Shown here: positions 48,705 to 61,124 of the stretch, piece by piece
How the letters are laid out: each line of letters starts with the position of its first letter
Position numbering within the stretch: position 1 is the first letter of the stretch
NCBI GenBank assembly: GCA_038087875.1
Contig: CM075977.1
Location: 300,018,001-300,082,000 of the forward strand
Direction of reading: 5' to 3'
From: Malacoraja senta
Lineage: Eukaryota
DNA length: 64,000 nt
The notes under the pieces: model-generated
Databases searched by the model: none
Told to the model about the DNA's origin: nothing
The model's input: the letters and a program-made list of their open reading frames with translations, nothing else
Made by a program: the position numbers and the translations under genes

Positions 48705-50882
48705 CAGGGCTGCCAACTCTCACGCATTGCGCATGAGACTAACGCATTTGAGGAAATTCTCACGCTCTCACGCTGATGACAGAAGTTCTCATGCTCAAAA
48801 AAATATTTTTTTAAATATATGAATAAATAAATAAAGTCACATTCCTCCACACTCACCAATGAGAATAGTTTTTTTGTCGGCGGGTTCCCCGTAAAGAACG
48901 AGCGATTGGCTTAAGCCCATCGCACACTATTTAAAATGGCAATGTAGACAAAAATGCTGGAGAAACTCAGCGGGTGAGGCAGCATCTATGTCTGAGTTTG
49001 ACCCTTCTTCAGACTCAAGCATTTCTCCAGCATTTTTGTCTACCGCTCTATAGATGCTGCCTCACCCGCATTCACATTCCCGTTCAGATGGTGTGATAGG
49101 TGAGACACGGCGGTGATCCCAGCACCGTCCCAGCACCGACCCCCCCGATGCACCGCTCACACCTCCCACCCTCACCTCTGTGTCCATCGGCCGCTCTGTC
49201 CACACCGCATTGAGTTTTAACCCCGGCCCGGAGCCAGGAGCGGACCGGGTGAGTGGGGGCGTCGGTGCCGCCTCTGGAGCCGTGGGGATGAATCTCGGGC
49301 TAAGGCGCCGCTCCGGTGCCCGACCCCCGGGTCACTGTCCCTCACCTCCCCTGGACCCCCAGGTCACTGACCCTCACCTCCCCCGGACCCTAGCTCGACA
49401 CAGAGCACCTGGGCCGGCCCGCATTCCCGGGGAGGGGGGGAGAGAGGGAAATGCTCCCCGGACATCACCAAGTCTCAGCTCACTCCGGGTGTTGTCGCCG
49501 CTTCACTGACCCACACTCTCACACACAACCTAACACATACCCTCACACACACACTGGCACACACAAGGTTTAAAAGGATTTGGGACAAATGCAGACAAAT
49601 GGGACTAGTTTAGATGGGGCATCTTGATCTGCATGAACAAGTTGGGATGAAGGGCCTGTTTCCATGCTGTAAGACTAGGACACACTGTAGAAAGGGTGCA
49701 ATTGCTCTGGAGATGATCCAGGGGCGATTAATGAACATATTGGCCGGGCTGGAATTTTTGTTTCACTTTGAAGAAAGATTTGATAACTGGGATTGTATTC
49801 TCTGCAGCAACGGAGGTGAAGAAAAGACTTAGTTGAGGTGAATAATATTATGAGAATAGGACCTGTTTCGCTTAATAAAGCGTGTAAGAAGGAACTGCAG
49901 ATGGTGGTTTAAACTGAAGATAGATACTAAAAGCTGGAATAACTCAGCAGGACAGGCAGCATTTCTGGAGAGAAAGAATAGGTGATGTTTCGGGTCGAGA
50001 CCTTCAGACTGAAGAGGTTGAAAACCAGCAATAAAACACAATGACTGGAGATGTGTGTTATCCAACTAAAGGCAGTAATCAGAATCATGTGTTCATCTTT
50101 ATTGACGTGTCACCATAATAAATATTACAGAAACAAAATTTATGGGGTGGCACGATGGTGCAGCGGTAGAGTTGCTGCCTTGCAGCACCACAGACCCAGA
50201 TTGGATCCTGACTACGGGTGCTGTCTGTACAGTATTTGTACATTCTCCTTATGGTTTTCTGTGGAAATTCCGGTTTCTGTGGAAATGATTTACTGTGGAA
50301 ATTCCGGTTTCTCCCACATCTGAAAGAAGTGCAGGTTTGTCGGTTAATTGGCTTCTGTAAATTGTCTCTGGCGTGTAGGATACAACTGGTGTATGATAGA
50401 TTGCGGTCGGTGTGGACTTGATGGGCCGAAGGGCCTGTTTCCATATATATGTTTTACATATATATCTTAATTTCATTGAACCATATACGGTTGAATATGT
50501 GGCATTATTTTCATCTTGTTTCTTTAGTCAAAGGGTAAGGTTAATTGATTTATTTGTGCTGAACAGTGATGGAAGTCGGACTCCTCTTGCCTTGTTTCTA
50601 TGTTTTTGTTTCTCTATGTATGCATAACTGCATGAATTATAATCTGATTTCCATACATGAATATACTAAGGTCATTCATGTGCTGCACCTGTCGATCAGA
50701 GCCTGGCTCCACTGTGGAATGTAATTAGGAATGTAATTTAGCCTAACCTTATTCACACCTAATCCAATTTGAAGCATAAATGTTGCATCAAGTGTAAGTT
50801 AAAAGAATGCACCAGATTCCACAATTTCAAACTGAAAAATGCAAAAGCATCCTACCGTGGGAGGGGGGGGGTCCTCCCTCCC
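48705..50882. mobile_element. Composite element copy B, inverted relative to 14581-17007 and truncated at one end
   Basis: Starts CAGGGCTGCCAACTCTCACGCA, the reverse complement of 16986-17007, and stays collinear back to ~14690. The far TIR and TSD are missing. Confidence 0.9.
50144..50442 (+). mobile_element. tRNA-derived V-SINE/HE1-like SINE inside composite element B
   Basis: ggggtggcacgatggtgcagcggtagag (A-box-like) ..gattggatcctg (B-box-like), core ccggtttctcccaca..gtgcaggtttgt..ttaattggc, tail gggccgaagggcctgtttcc. Confidence 0.78.
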
Positions 50883-51529
50883 TATATATTCTGTTTGTCA
50901 AGCAAGAGTGCCTATAATTTTGGATTATTTTCATGTTACTTTGAAAATATTTTGAAATTGTTAATTCCGTGCCTGATTTGCTGTTTGGTATATTTACTGA
51001 CAATAGACGAAGACAGCTTATTTACTCTTAGTGGTCCCCATCATATTTTTTAAATTATTTCACCATTGATGAAGCAGATGGATGAAAAGCAGAAATAATT
51101 AGTTGAGATCATATGGGGATACCCTGGTTACAATATGTTGTATAATTATGTATTTAGTACATTGGGCACTCAGAGTTACAAAATTGCTCCTCATTGTCTG
51201 CACTAAATTATGTTAGATAAATATTTTTGTATCATAATCTGCTTTCCCACGTTAGGTTTCATTGATTGATAGACTATTAATTTCGGAGTTTTGATAAAAT
51301 CTGAAGATCACTAAGACCAAACTTATACGGTAAACCTAAAATTCAGTACCCCTCTGTAAATCACATATAGTGTGGAGGTAAATGATTGAATCTGGTGAGA
51401 GTTGATGAGGACATAGGGACATTTAAAATAAATATGATTAGTGTAAGTGGGCATTTGATGATCAGTGCAGGCTTGGGCCTAAGTCCTCATATCAAAATGT
51501 TTTCTATCTCCTTCCTATACTTAGTTTCA

Positions 51530-51930
51530 CCACAGTGGTGTCATCTGCAAACTCGTAGATGGAGTTAGAGCCAAATATGGCCGTACAGTCATAAGTATAT
51601 AGGGAGTATAGTGGAGGACTGAGAATGCATCCTTGCGGGGCACCAGTGTTGAAAATTATCGTGGAGGAGATGTTGCAACCTTTACCCACTGATTGTAGCC
51701 TGTGGGTCAGAAAGTCGAGACTCCAGTGCCAGAGAAATGAGCTGATTCCTGGGTCCAGATGTTTAGAGGTTTCTGAAGAGGGTCTCGACATGAAACATCA
51801 CCCATTCTTTCTATCCAGCGTTGCTGCCTGTCCCGCTGAGTTACTCCGGCATTTTGTGTCTATCCAGGTGTTTAGATATGAGTTTGGATGGGATTATGGT
51901 GTTAAAGGTAGAGCCATAGTTAATAAATAC
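51530..51930 (-). mobile_element. Rex1/Babar RT fragment with an inserted Penelope terminal repeat
   Basis: ORF 51504-51791 NTGAPQGCILSPPLYSLYTYDC..EFADDTTVV; PLE repeat at 51772-51865. Confidence 0.8.
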
Positions 51931-52264
51931 AGGAACAATACAAAGCAGCTCTTAAAATGGTTGCTTAAATGCTTAAAAAGCCCAGCTGACCTGGCTTTGG
52001 ATTGCATCATATTGTCATGAACAGCAACAACCCAGTGGGATTGTTCAGATCATAACAGATAAGTCAGCTGATTTGTGTTCCACACAATCATAGTTGTTCC
52101 TTTGTTAGAATAATTAGCATTTCTAATTTTCTCTTGAAGCACACATTACTAACATGTACGTAACGTGACGTAAGAATATAAGAATTAGAAGCAGGATTAG
52201 GTCATTCGGTGCTTGACCCTGCCATTCAATAAGATCATGACTGATCTTTAATTTCTGCATTAAC

Positions 52265-52790
52265 ATAGTCATACAGTGTGGAAACAGGCCCTTCGGTCCA
52301 ACTTGCCCACACCGGCCAACATGTCCCAACTACACGAGTCACACCTGCCAGCATTTGGTCCATATCCCTCCAAACCTGTCCTATCCATGTACCTGTCTAA
52401 GTGTTTCTTAAATGTTGGGATAGTCCCTGCCTCAACTACCTCCTCTGACAGCTTGTTCCATACATCCACCACCCTTTGTGTGAAAAAGTTACCCCTCGGA
52501 TTCCTCTTAAATCCTTTCCCCTTCACCTTAAACCTATGTCCTCTGGTCCTCGATTTATTCATCTCATGATCTAATACACCTCAAGAAGATCACCCCTCAT
52601 CCTCCTGCGCTCCAAGGAATAGAATCTCAGTTTACGTAACCACTGCTTATAGCTCAGACCCTCTAGTTCTGGCAACTCCTCGTAAATCTTCTCTGTACCC
52701 TTTCCAGCTTGATAACATCTTTCCTATAACACGGTACCCAGAACTGAACACAATACTCTAAATGAGGCCTCACCAACATCTTATACCCTA
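52265..52790 (-). mobile_element. CR1 3' end
   Basis: ORF 52269-52562 SRTRGHRFKVKG..FFTQRVVDVWNKL. Confidence 0.9.
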
Positions 52791-53708
52791 ACATCCATTG
52801 ATTTCTTTAGTATCTAAAGTCATTATCTGCCTTAACATTCACTAGGTACCTTTGAAGACATCAACATTGTCATCAAATCAAACTTGTAAGGCAGTAGGCA
52901 AGGCTTTTATTTCAGAGCTAGGGTATTAAGTGGCTTTTGCAAGTGGTATGGTGAAAGCCATAACATTAGTCATCCAGTGCGTAATGATGCTTAACTCCAC
53001 AAGTTCTGACATGAAGTTCCCCACTGTTTCCATGCTGATTGGGATGGACCAAGATCTTCCAAAGATATGCAGGGTTGTAGTTAATTGCCTTCCGTAAATT
53101 GCCCCTAGTGTGTAGGATGCAAAACTGGGATAAGATAGAACTAGTGTACGGGTGACAGTCAGTACGGGCTCGGTGGGCCAAGGAGCCTATTTCCGAACTG
53201 TATCTTTAAACTAAACTAAACTAAGTCTGCTCAAAGCCAATGTGCAAGATTGAAACCTGATGCTTGAAATTCCATATAGGCTGACAGACCAGTATGCAGG
53301 TCCAGCATTGGAACAAACCGGCAAGCGTTTCTACTTAGAAGTGAGAATTTTTTTTGACCAAAAGCATTTCCAGAGTAGTTTTTTCAAGTTTAATTTTAGT
53401 TTAGTTTATTATTGTCATGTGCACTAACGTACAACGAAAAGTTTTTTGTTGCATGCTATCCAGTCAAAGAACAGACATGATAATGTCCGATTAAAGATAG
53501 TTCAACGTTCAAAGGTCTCCAATGAGGTAGATGGGAAGTCAGGACTTAGGTTGTCAGAGGTTATGGGGAGAAGGCAGGAGAATGGGGTTAGGAGAGAGAG
53601 ATAGATCAGCCATGATTCAATGGCGGATTAGACTTGATGGGGCGAATGGCCTAATTCTACTCCTATCACTTATGACCTTATGACTGCATTTTCGCTGATG
53701 AATTTATG

Positions 53709-54399
53709 CTGGGGCGGAAATCGCTGTCAAGACATGGGGGGGACACAGTTTCTTGCTGAGAGCACGCGCACACACACACGCGAGGCTTCGGCCTTGGGCC
53801 CTGTGGACGGTAACATCGGGAGCTGACCTGGTTGGTGACCGACTCCAAACTCCAGCAACAGCAGCTTCGTCTGCCCCGAATCATAGGGCTTGAATCGGCC
53901 CATTCACGGGGCCTTTCATCGCCCGGCGCAGCTTAAAATCGTCCGGCGAGGGCTTCAACATCGGGAGCCTCAATCGCCTCGACGCAGCAGATTGATTTTA
54001 ATCCGCGACGGGCGATGAAAGGTTCCGCGAACGGGCCGATTCAGCCCTTAGAAAGCGTCTGATACCCGCTTGAATCTTTCAAAAGCTACAATGTGATAAA
54101 TAACACTTAAACAAATAAAACTGAAGCAAATAAAGGCAAACAGAAGAACGAACCTTGGAGGGGGGAGAGAGAGATGGGAAAAATATACTAAATAACGTGA
54201 GTGACTGTGAATGAGGGACTTACCTGCAAGCCAGCCAGTGACACCCCCACTCGCGGAATGCAGATTTTAATAGGGTTTTTTTCACCGAATTTCAAAATCT
54301 GGATTACAAAACATGGGGAGGATTGTCCCCCACCTCTCAAAACCTGGGAGGGACGTGTGTCCCCATCCCCCCCCCCCCCCCACAGGATTTCCGCCCATG
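53709..54399. mobile_element. hAT-like MITE (~690 bp) with imperfect TIR
   Basis: CTGGGGCGGAAATC / GATTTCCGCCCATG ends; subterminal gggac/gtccc repeats; the TSD is degenerate. Confidence 0.6.
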
Positions 54400-55550
54400 A
54401 TTGGATGGTTCAGTTGCTTAATAACAGCGATAAAGCAACTGTCTCTGAATCTGGAGATGTGCATTTTCAAACTTCTGTACCTCTTGCCTGATGGGCGAGG
54501 CGAGAAGAGGGACCAGGTGAGAGTGGTCCATGATTATTTTGGTGGCTTTGCCAAGGCTGTGTGAAGTTTAGATGGAGTCACAGGTTATATCCACAACCCT
54601 ACGCGGTATCTTGCGGTCTTGCAGCTGTTCCCAACCCATGCTGTAATGCATCATGACAAAATACTTTCTATGGAACATCTGTAGATGTTGAGGAGGGTTG
54701 TTGGGGATAGGACAAACTTCTTAAGCCTTCTAAGGAAGTAGAGGCGTTGGTGTGCTTTCTTGGCCATCGCTTCGATGTGGCTGGTCCAGGACAATTTGCT
54801 GGTAATATTTATTCAATGTCAGCAAGACAGACTTAAGAACTTGAAGCTTTTGACCATCTCTACTTTGGCGCCATTAATGTATGGGTGTGTGTACTGCTTC
54901 GCTTCCTGAAGTCAATCACAATCTCCTTTGTCTTGCTGACATTGAGGGAGAGGTGGTTGTTTTGGCACCAGGTTACAAGATTCTCATTCTCCCTCCTGCA
55001 TCATTATTTGAGATCTGACTCACTACGGTGGGGTCATCTCTGAACTTGTAAATTGAGTTGTATTGGTATTTGGCTGCACAGTCATGAGTGTATAAGGAGT
55101 TTATTAGGGAGCTGAGAATACATCTTTGCTGAGGATTATCCTAGAGGATAATTTATCACCTGTCCTCACTGATTGTGGTCTGTTGGTCAGGAAGTCAAGG
55201 ATCAAGTTGCAGGGTGTTTGCTGACCCCAAGTTTCACGAGTTTGGAGATGTGCATGGTTGAAAAGCAGAGCTGTAGTCTATTAATAGGAGTCTGACGTAA
55301 GTATCCTTCTTATGCTCCAGGGATGAATGTAAAGCCATGGAGATGGCATCAGCCGTGGACCTGTTGTGGTGGTAGGCAAACTATACTGTGTCAAAGTTGC
55401 TTGGTAGGCTGGATTTATTGTGTGCCACAACCAGCCTCTTGAAGCACTGGTGGATATCAAGGCCAATGGACGGTAGTCATGAAGGCATGGGATCTTGATC
55501 TTCCTTGGCACTGGGATAATAGTGGTCTTCTTGCAAAAGGTGGGTACCTC
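54400..55550 (-). mobile_element. Rex1/Babar LINE RT/C-terminal fragment
   Basis: Minus ORF PRKIKIPCLHDYRPLAL; region encoding QRLYFLRRLKKF at ~54720-54750. Confidence 0.8.
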
Positions 55551-55554
55551 AGAA

Positions 55555-56130
55555 CAGGTGTCAAGCTGAAAGGGTGCAGAGAAGATTTACGGTGTTGCCA
55601 GGATTCAAGGACCTGAGCTATGGAGAGGGGTTGTGCAGGCTAAAACTCTATTCCTTGGAGCGCAGGAAGATGAGGGGTGATCGTATAGATGTGTTCAAAA
55701 TCATGAGAGGATCAGTCTGAAGAAGTCTCGCTCCAAAACGTCGCCCATTCCTTCTTTCCAGAGATGCTGCCTCACCCACTGAGTAACTCCAGCATTTTGT
55801 GTCTACCCAAAATCTTTGCCCAGGGCAGGGGACTCTAGAACCAGAGGACATGGGTTTAAAGTGAGGGGGGGGGGGGGGGGGGGGGGAAGATTTAACAGGA
55901 ACCTGAGGGGTAACTTTTTCACGCAAAGGGTAGTAGGTGTATGGAACAAGCTGCCGGAAGGGGTACTTGAGGCAGGTACTAATGCAACATTTAAAAAACA
56001 CTTAGACTGGTACAGGGATAGGATAGGTTTAGAGGGATATGGGCCAAATGCAGGCAGGTGTGACATGTTGGCCGGTGTGGGCAAGTTGGGCCGAAGTGCC
56101 TGTATTCATGCTAAAAGACTTTATAACTAT
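55555..56130 (+). mobile_element. CR1 3' end with a Penelope terminal repeat inserted at 55713-55808
   Basis: ORF 55816-56151 SRTRGHGFKVRG..FFTQRVVGVWNKLP. Confidence 0.85.
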
Positions 56131-59100
56131 AACAGAGTAGGGGGAGATTAAAGATGTCTGGGAACACTTATGCTAGTTGGTCCGTGCAGTTCTTAAGGAT
56201 GCGGCCAGGAACTCCGTCTGGGCCAGTTGTGTTCCGTTGTTCACTCTGAGGAAGGCTGATCACACTTCTGCAACAGTGACTCTGGGAAAAGGCACATTCT
56301 TTTCAGTGGGACAGATGTCTTCGCCCAATTGGTCTTCTGCTCAGTGAAAGCATAGAATGCATTAATCAGGAAGAGTGCTGTATATCTATAGTTAAGATCC
56401 ACTCTGTCTCCAGGTTTAAAATCCCTTAGTAAGGATTTGGGGTACATTTAAAGTAATATCAGTAATATCAAACTCAAGATGGCATCATGTGTAATATCTC
56501 AATAAATGGTGGTCAATTTTCTCTTTAATGTTCTTTTGTATTTCATTTGCAAAACTGCATGTTAGTAAATCTACTAACTAGAGTAAATCAGGTTTTCTTC
56601 TGCCATGGATCATTATAAATACAGTAGATGTGATCGTGATTTTGCCCTTAGCATGGGGAAAACACTTGTTTGTCTCGTTGTTTTTCGAGCTCCCTAAAGC
56701 GAAAATTCCAATGATGTTGTACCAGCAGAACAGACTGTAATTTTCAAGTCAAGAGTGTTTTATTGTCATACGTCCCAGACGGGACAATGAAATTCTTACT
56801 TGCTGCAGCACAACAGAATATGTGAATATGTAAACATTGGATATAACGGGGGGGAAAAAGAAACAGTTCAATAAATAACAAATACAGTGCAAATAACAAA
56901 TAATAATATAGTCTTTTGCAGTTCAGAGCTCATAGCTTGTTCGTTGTGCATTTTTTGCTGCATATCAGTAGTTAAGATCCAATCTGATTCCAGATTTATA
57001 ATGCAACTGTCTAATGAGCGTGTATGTATGTTAGATGTCAGATGATTTCACCAGTGAATTAGGGAAAGCTATTTTCCAACAACACTTTGTGATAATAAAA
57101 CTTGAGTTGCTGAATTTCAGTGCCACAACATAATTAAAAACAACCAGTTAAGCCATTTAATCTGCACTTTGAGCAGAAAGTTAACCTATATCTCTGACAT
57201 TTGAATACTGCTTATTAGATTTAAAACTTCGAGAACTACTGGTTACAAAGAAATTCAAACAAATCAGGAGATATACACAACACCTAATGAAACATGAGTT
57301 GATAGGAGAGCAGTAAAGTACAAGAGCGGAAGTATTGCAGAAAGCACTGGTGGGAGGTTTAGAACAAGAAGCATTCAATGACTTTAGAGGCCCACTAATA
57401 GAATGTGGGTTATAGTAGGTCAGACACTGGAAGTCAAGTCTGGGCCATGAATGTAAACTATTCCATCTGTGTCTATGTCTAAACATTCTCTCAAAGGAGA
57501 TGACTTTTTTCTTCAAAAGCAAAGAAAACAAACTGTGGTTTGAGGCCATGTGTTATTGCACTGCAAAATTAACTGTTAACAGATATTGATAAGCATGTGT
57601 AGCATAGTAGGGTTTGTTAAGAAGCTATAATTCTGGATGATGAAACCAGGAAGCTGTGAGGATTGTGGCTGTTAAACAAATTAATGTGTCTGCTAACAAC
57701 CACAGCAGAAGCCGAGAGATATCCGAGGGAGTAGTCATGACATTCCAAGTGTAGCATCTAGTCACGCACATTTATTTTAATGTGATTGCAATTGACAAAA
57801 AAAATTCTGAATATCCAAACACATTTTATGAATTAATTATGATTACCTGAAATGATGATAGGTTAGTGATTATCAGAATTCTTATATATATATATAACAC
57901 AGGGATATCTTCTACTGCTGTGAGATTGCCAATTATCTGTGCTCTGGACTATACTATTTCTTCCAGGTGGGTCCAGGATAGAGTCTTCTAATGCGAGTCT
58001 ATCTCCTAATATGTCAACAGTTCTATAAGTTGAGCAGAACTTGCTCCAACACAAGTAGCTCATTCTGTTTTGACTGCTGGCAAGGCTCCTTCCCACAGTC
58101 CCCAGCTTATCTTCTGTCAATTTTAATTTGAAGGTATTTGATCATCACTAACATTTAGAATCAGCCAAGACCAAACAAAAATGTAAAAATCAATTAAAAA
58201 TTTGTATCAAAACGTTAATGTAGTAAAAAAGCATGTGCCATAAAAAGTAATTTTAGCATATAAACTTACTTAAATAAATCAAATAGAAACTTGCCTTTCT
58301 CTTGGCAACTGACTTATCTCATTGATTTCAGTGGACTCAGGGAGCAATTCCCTAATTAGTAGAAGGCTGCACTGTCATGTGCTATGTGATTGCCAAGTCA
58401 AGCGTATATCAGCTAGCAATTCTGCTGCAAATCTTGGCAGCAAATGTGTTCTTATATAGAAATAAAAAGCAAGCAATCTGAAAATAATTGATAATTATGC
58501 ATCATTTCAGTTAAGAGTTTTGTAAAACTTATTATCACCAGAATCAGTGGTGAGGCTTCTTAAAGATAAACAAAGACTGGAAAGTGAATGTCTGTGCACG
58601 CCATGAATATCATTAACTTCGTTGGGCATTAAATTCACTACAGTTTATGCCAGGTTGACCAATGAGTTGAAGTTCCACTTAACAATTTTATAAGGATACT
58701 GGGAAGTTGCTTTAAATTTCCTGACTTTACATCGCAGAGATTATGAAGAAGCAGAGTAGTTTATCTGACTTATTTTTACATGCTTTGATTTCTGTGAATA
58801 TTCCACACAACTAAATTCCTTGTGTTTATTTGCAAAATATGCAGTGGTCTGCATTTTTTTGGGAGGGGGAGTAATTTGTGGTTTGTTATTCTCTACGTAA
58901 CCATATAAAATGAATAGGAAATGTTATCCAGGCTCTGGCACCTAACCTATTCAAGAAGTGGAAAATCACTTCCTATCAGCACAAATATTCAGTGTCAAAT
59001 TTTCACTATTCTTATATCCATGCTCTCCATATGATTCCTCAGAATTTATATCCTTCACAAAATGTTTAAAAAATCACATTTGAAATGTTGTTCCTTTATT

Positions 59101-59719
59101 ATAGTAATTATATATGCCATTTATTAATTTGATTACATTCAGTTATTTTTCAAATGAATAAATGGATGTGCATTTGTTCCCAACATCAAGATGGGGGTGA
59201 AGGATGGTTAATGGGATATCTGCTCTCTATTTTACTTGAAGCTTATTAATTTTATATTCTTGTCTTTTACACATTTTGGACATTTTAGAAATCTTACCTC
59301 CTATTTAATTTCCCAGTAATAATCTTTCATTCTGTAAGTCTCCTTTATCGATCCTTAAAGTCCTGGAATTGACCTCAATGTTCTATATAAATACCCCAAT
59401 TACAATTATGTCTTTTTGAAGTACCCAAGTTTCTAAAGACATTTTTGTATTTGCATGTACATTACCCATTCTCCATGTATGCCTAGTATAAAGCATTTCA
59501 TCTTATTAAATGCACTGATGTGCAGCTCGATATTTAATTAGTATGCTAGCTTTCCTGATAATGGTTTCAAATTGATTGGTAGCTTTATGCATCTAATAAT
59601 ATCATCCTGATTTTATTATTTTCCTTGCTAGTTTTTTTTTAATTTTCTAATGCTTATTAATTTATATATATTAAAAAATCTGCCAGTTGAACTAGATATA
59701 TTTAGATGGTATAATTTTA

Positions 59720-60690
59720 TGATAAGTTCATAAGATATAGGATAAGAATTAGGCCATTCGGTCCATCAAGTCTACTCTGCCATTCAATAATGGCTGATCT
59801 ATCTTTCTCTCCTAACCCCATTCTCCTGCCTTCTTCCCATAACCTCTGACGCCCATACTAATCAAGAATCTGTCTATCTCTGTCTTAAATATATCCCCTG
59901 ACTTTGCCTTCTGTGGCAAAGAATTCCACAGATTCACCACCCTCTGACTAAAGAAGTTCCTCCTCATCTCCTTCAAAAAAGAACGTCCTTTAATGTCCTA
60001 GACTCCCACTAGTGGAAACATCCTCTCCACATCCACTCTATCCATGCCTTTCACCATTCTGTACGTTTCAATGAGGTCCCCCCTCATTCATCTAAACTCC
60101 AGCGAGTACAGGCCCAGTGCTGCTAAATATTCATATGTTAACCTCTTCATTCCTGGGATCATTCTTTTAAACCTCCTGTGGAGCCTCTCCAGAGTCAGCA
60201 CATCCTGCCTTAGATATGGTGCCCAATATTGCACACACTATTCTAAATGCGGCCTGACCAGCACCTATAGTCCCTCAGCATTACATCCCTGTTTTTTATA
60301 TACAAGCCCTTTCGAAATAAATGCTAGCATTGTGTTTGCTTTCTTTACTACCGATTCGACTTGCAGATTAACTTTTGGGGAATTCTACACCAGCACTCTC
60401 AAGTCCCTTTGGATCTCCGATTTCTGGATTATCTCCCCATTTAGTAAATAATCAACGACTTTATTCCTACTACCAAAATGCATGACTCCACATTTTGCGA
60501 CACTATATTCCATCTGCCACTCTCCCAACCTATCCAAGTCCTTCTGCAGAGTCCCTACTTTCTCTATGCTACCTGCCCCTCCACCTATTTTCGTATCATC
60601 CTCAAACTTGGCCACAAATCCTTCAATCCCCTCATGGAAATCATTAATATACAACGTAAAAAGAGCAGCGCCCCCAGCACCACGCCCTGT
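59720..60690 (-). mobile_element. CR1 LINE 3' ~1 kb
   Basis: Minus ORF LFTLYINDFHEGIEGFVAKFEDDTKIGG..KCGVMHFG; 3' UTR and cataag tail. Confidence 0.9.
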
Positions 60691-61124
60691 GGAACTCCAA
60701 GGAACTGCAGGAACTACAAGGAACCAAAGATTGACACAAAGTGCTGGAGTAACTCGGTCAGGCAGCATCCCTGGAGAACATGGATAGGTGATGGTTTGGG
60801 TCGGAACCTTCATGTTTATCTTATCTAGATACACAGCTTAGGTTCATCAAAATTTATATTGTGATTAATGTAAACATGTATGTCTATCATATTTTGCCTT
60901 TATTTTAAAAACATTAGCTAAAGATTAGGTTTTTTTTAATGTCAAATGTAGTATTTTATCAAATAAAATTATGGATAATTTATATATTTTTGACTGTTCT
61001 GATTGAGTTGCACAAAGAATTTTAACAAATTTGTCAGATATGATCTACTCTTGATAATTGAAATGTTTTTTCTTTGTGGCTTCTTCAGAGAACATTTGTA
61101 AATATCTTGAATGTTAATCTCAAA

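Noticed and set aside
50144-50215. tRNA gene
   Set aside because: It is the tRNA-derived head of a SINE followed by the SINE core and CR1-like tail; no intact cloverleaf.
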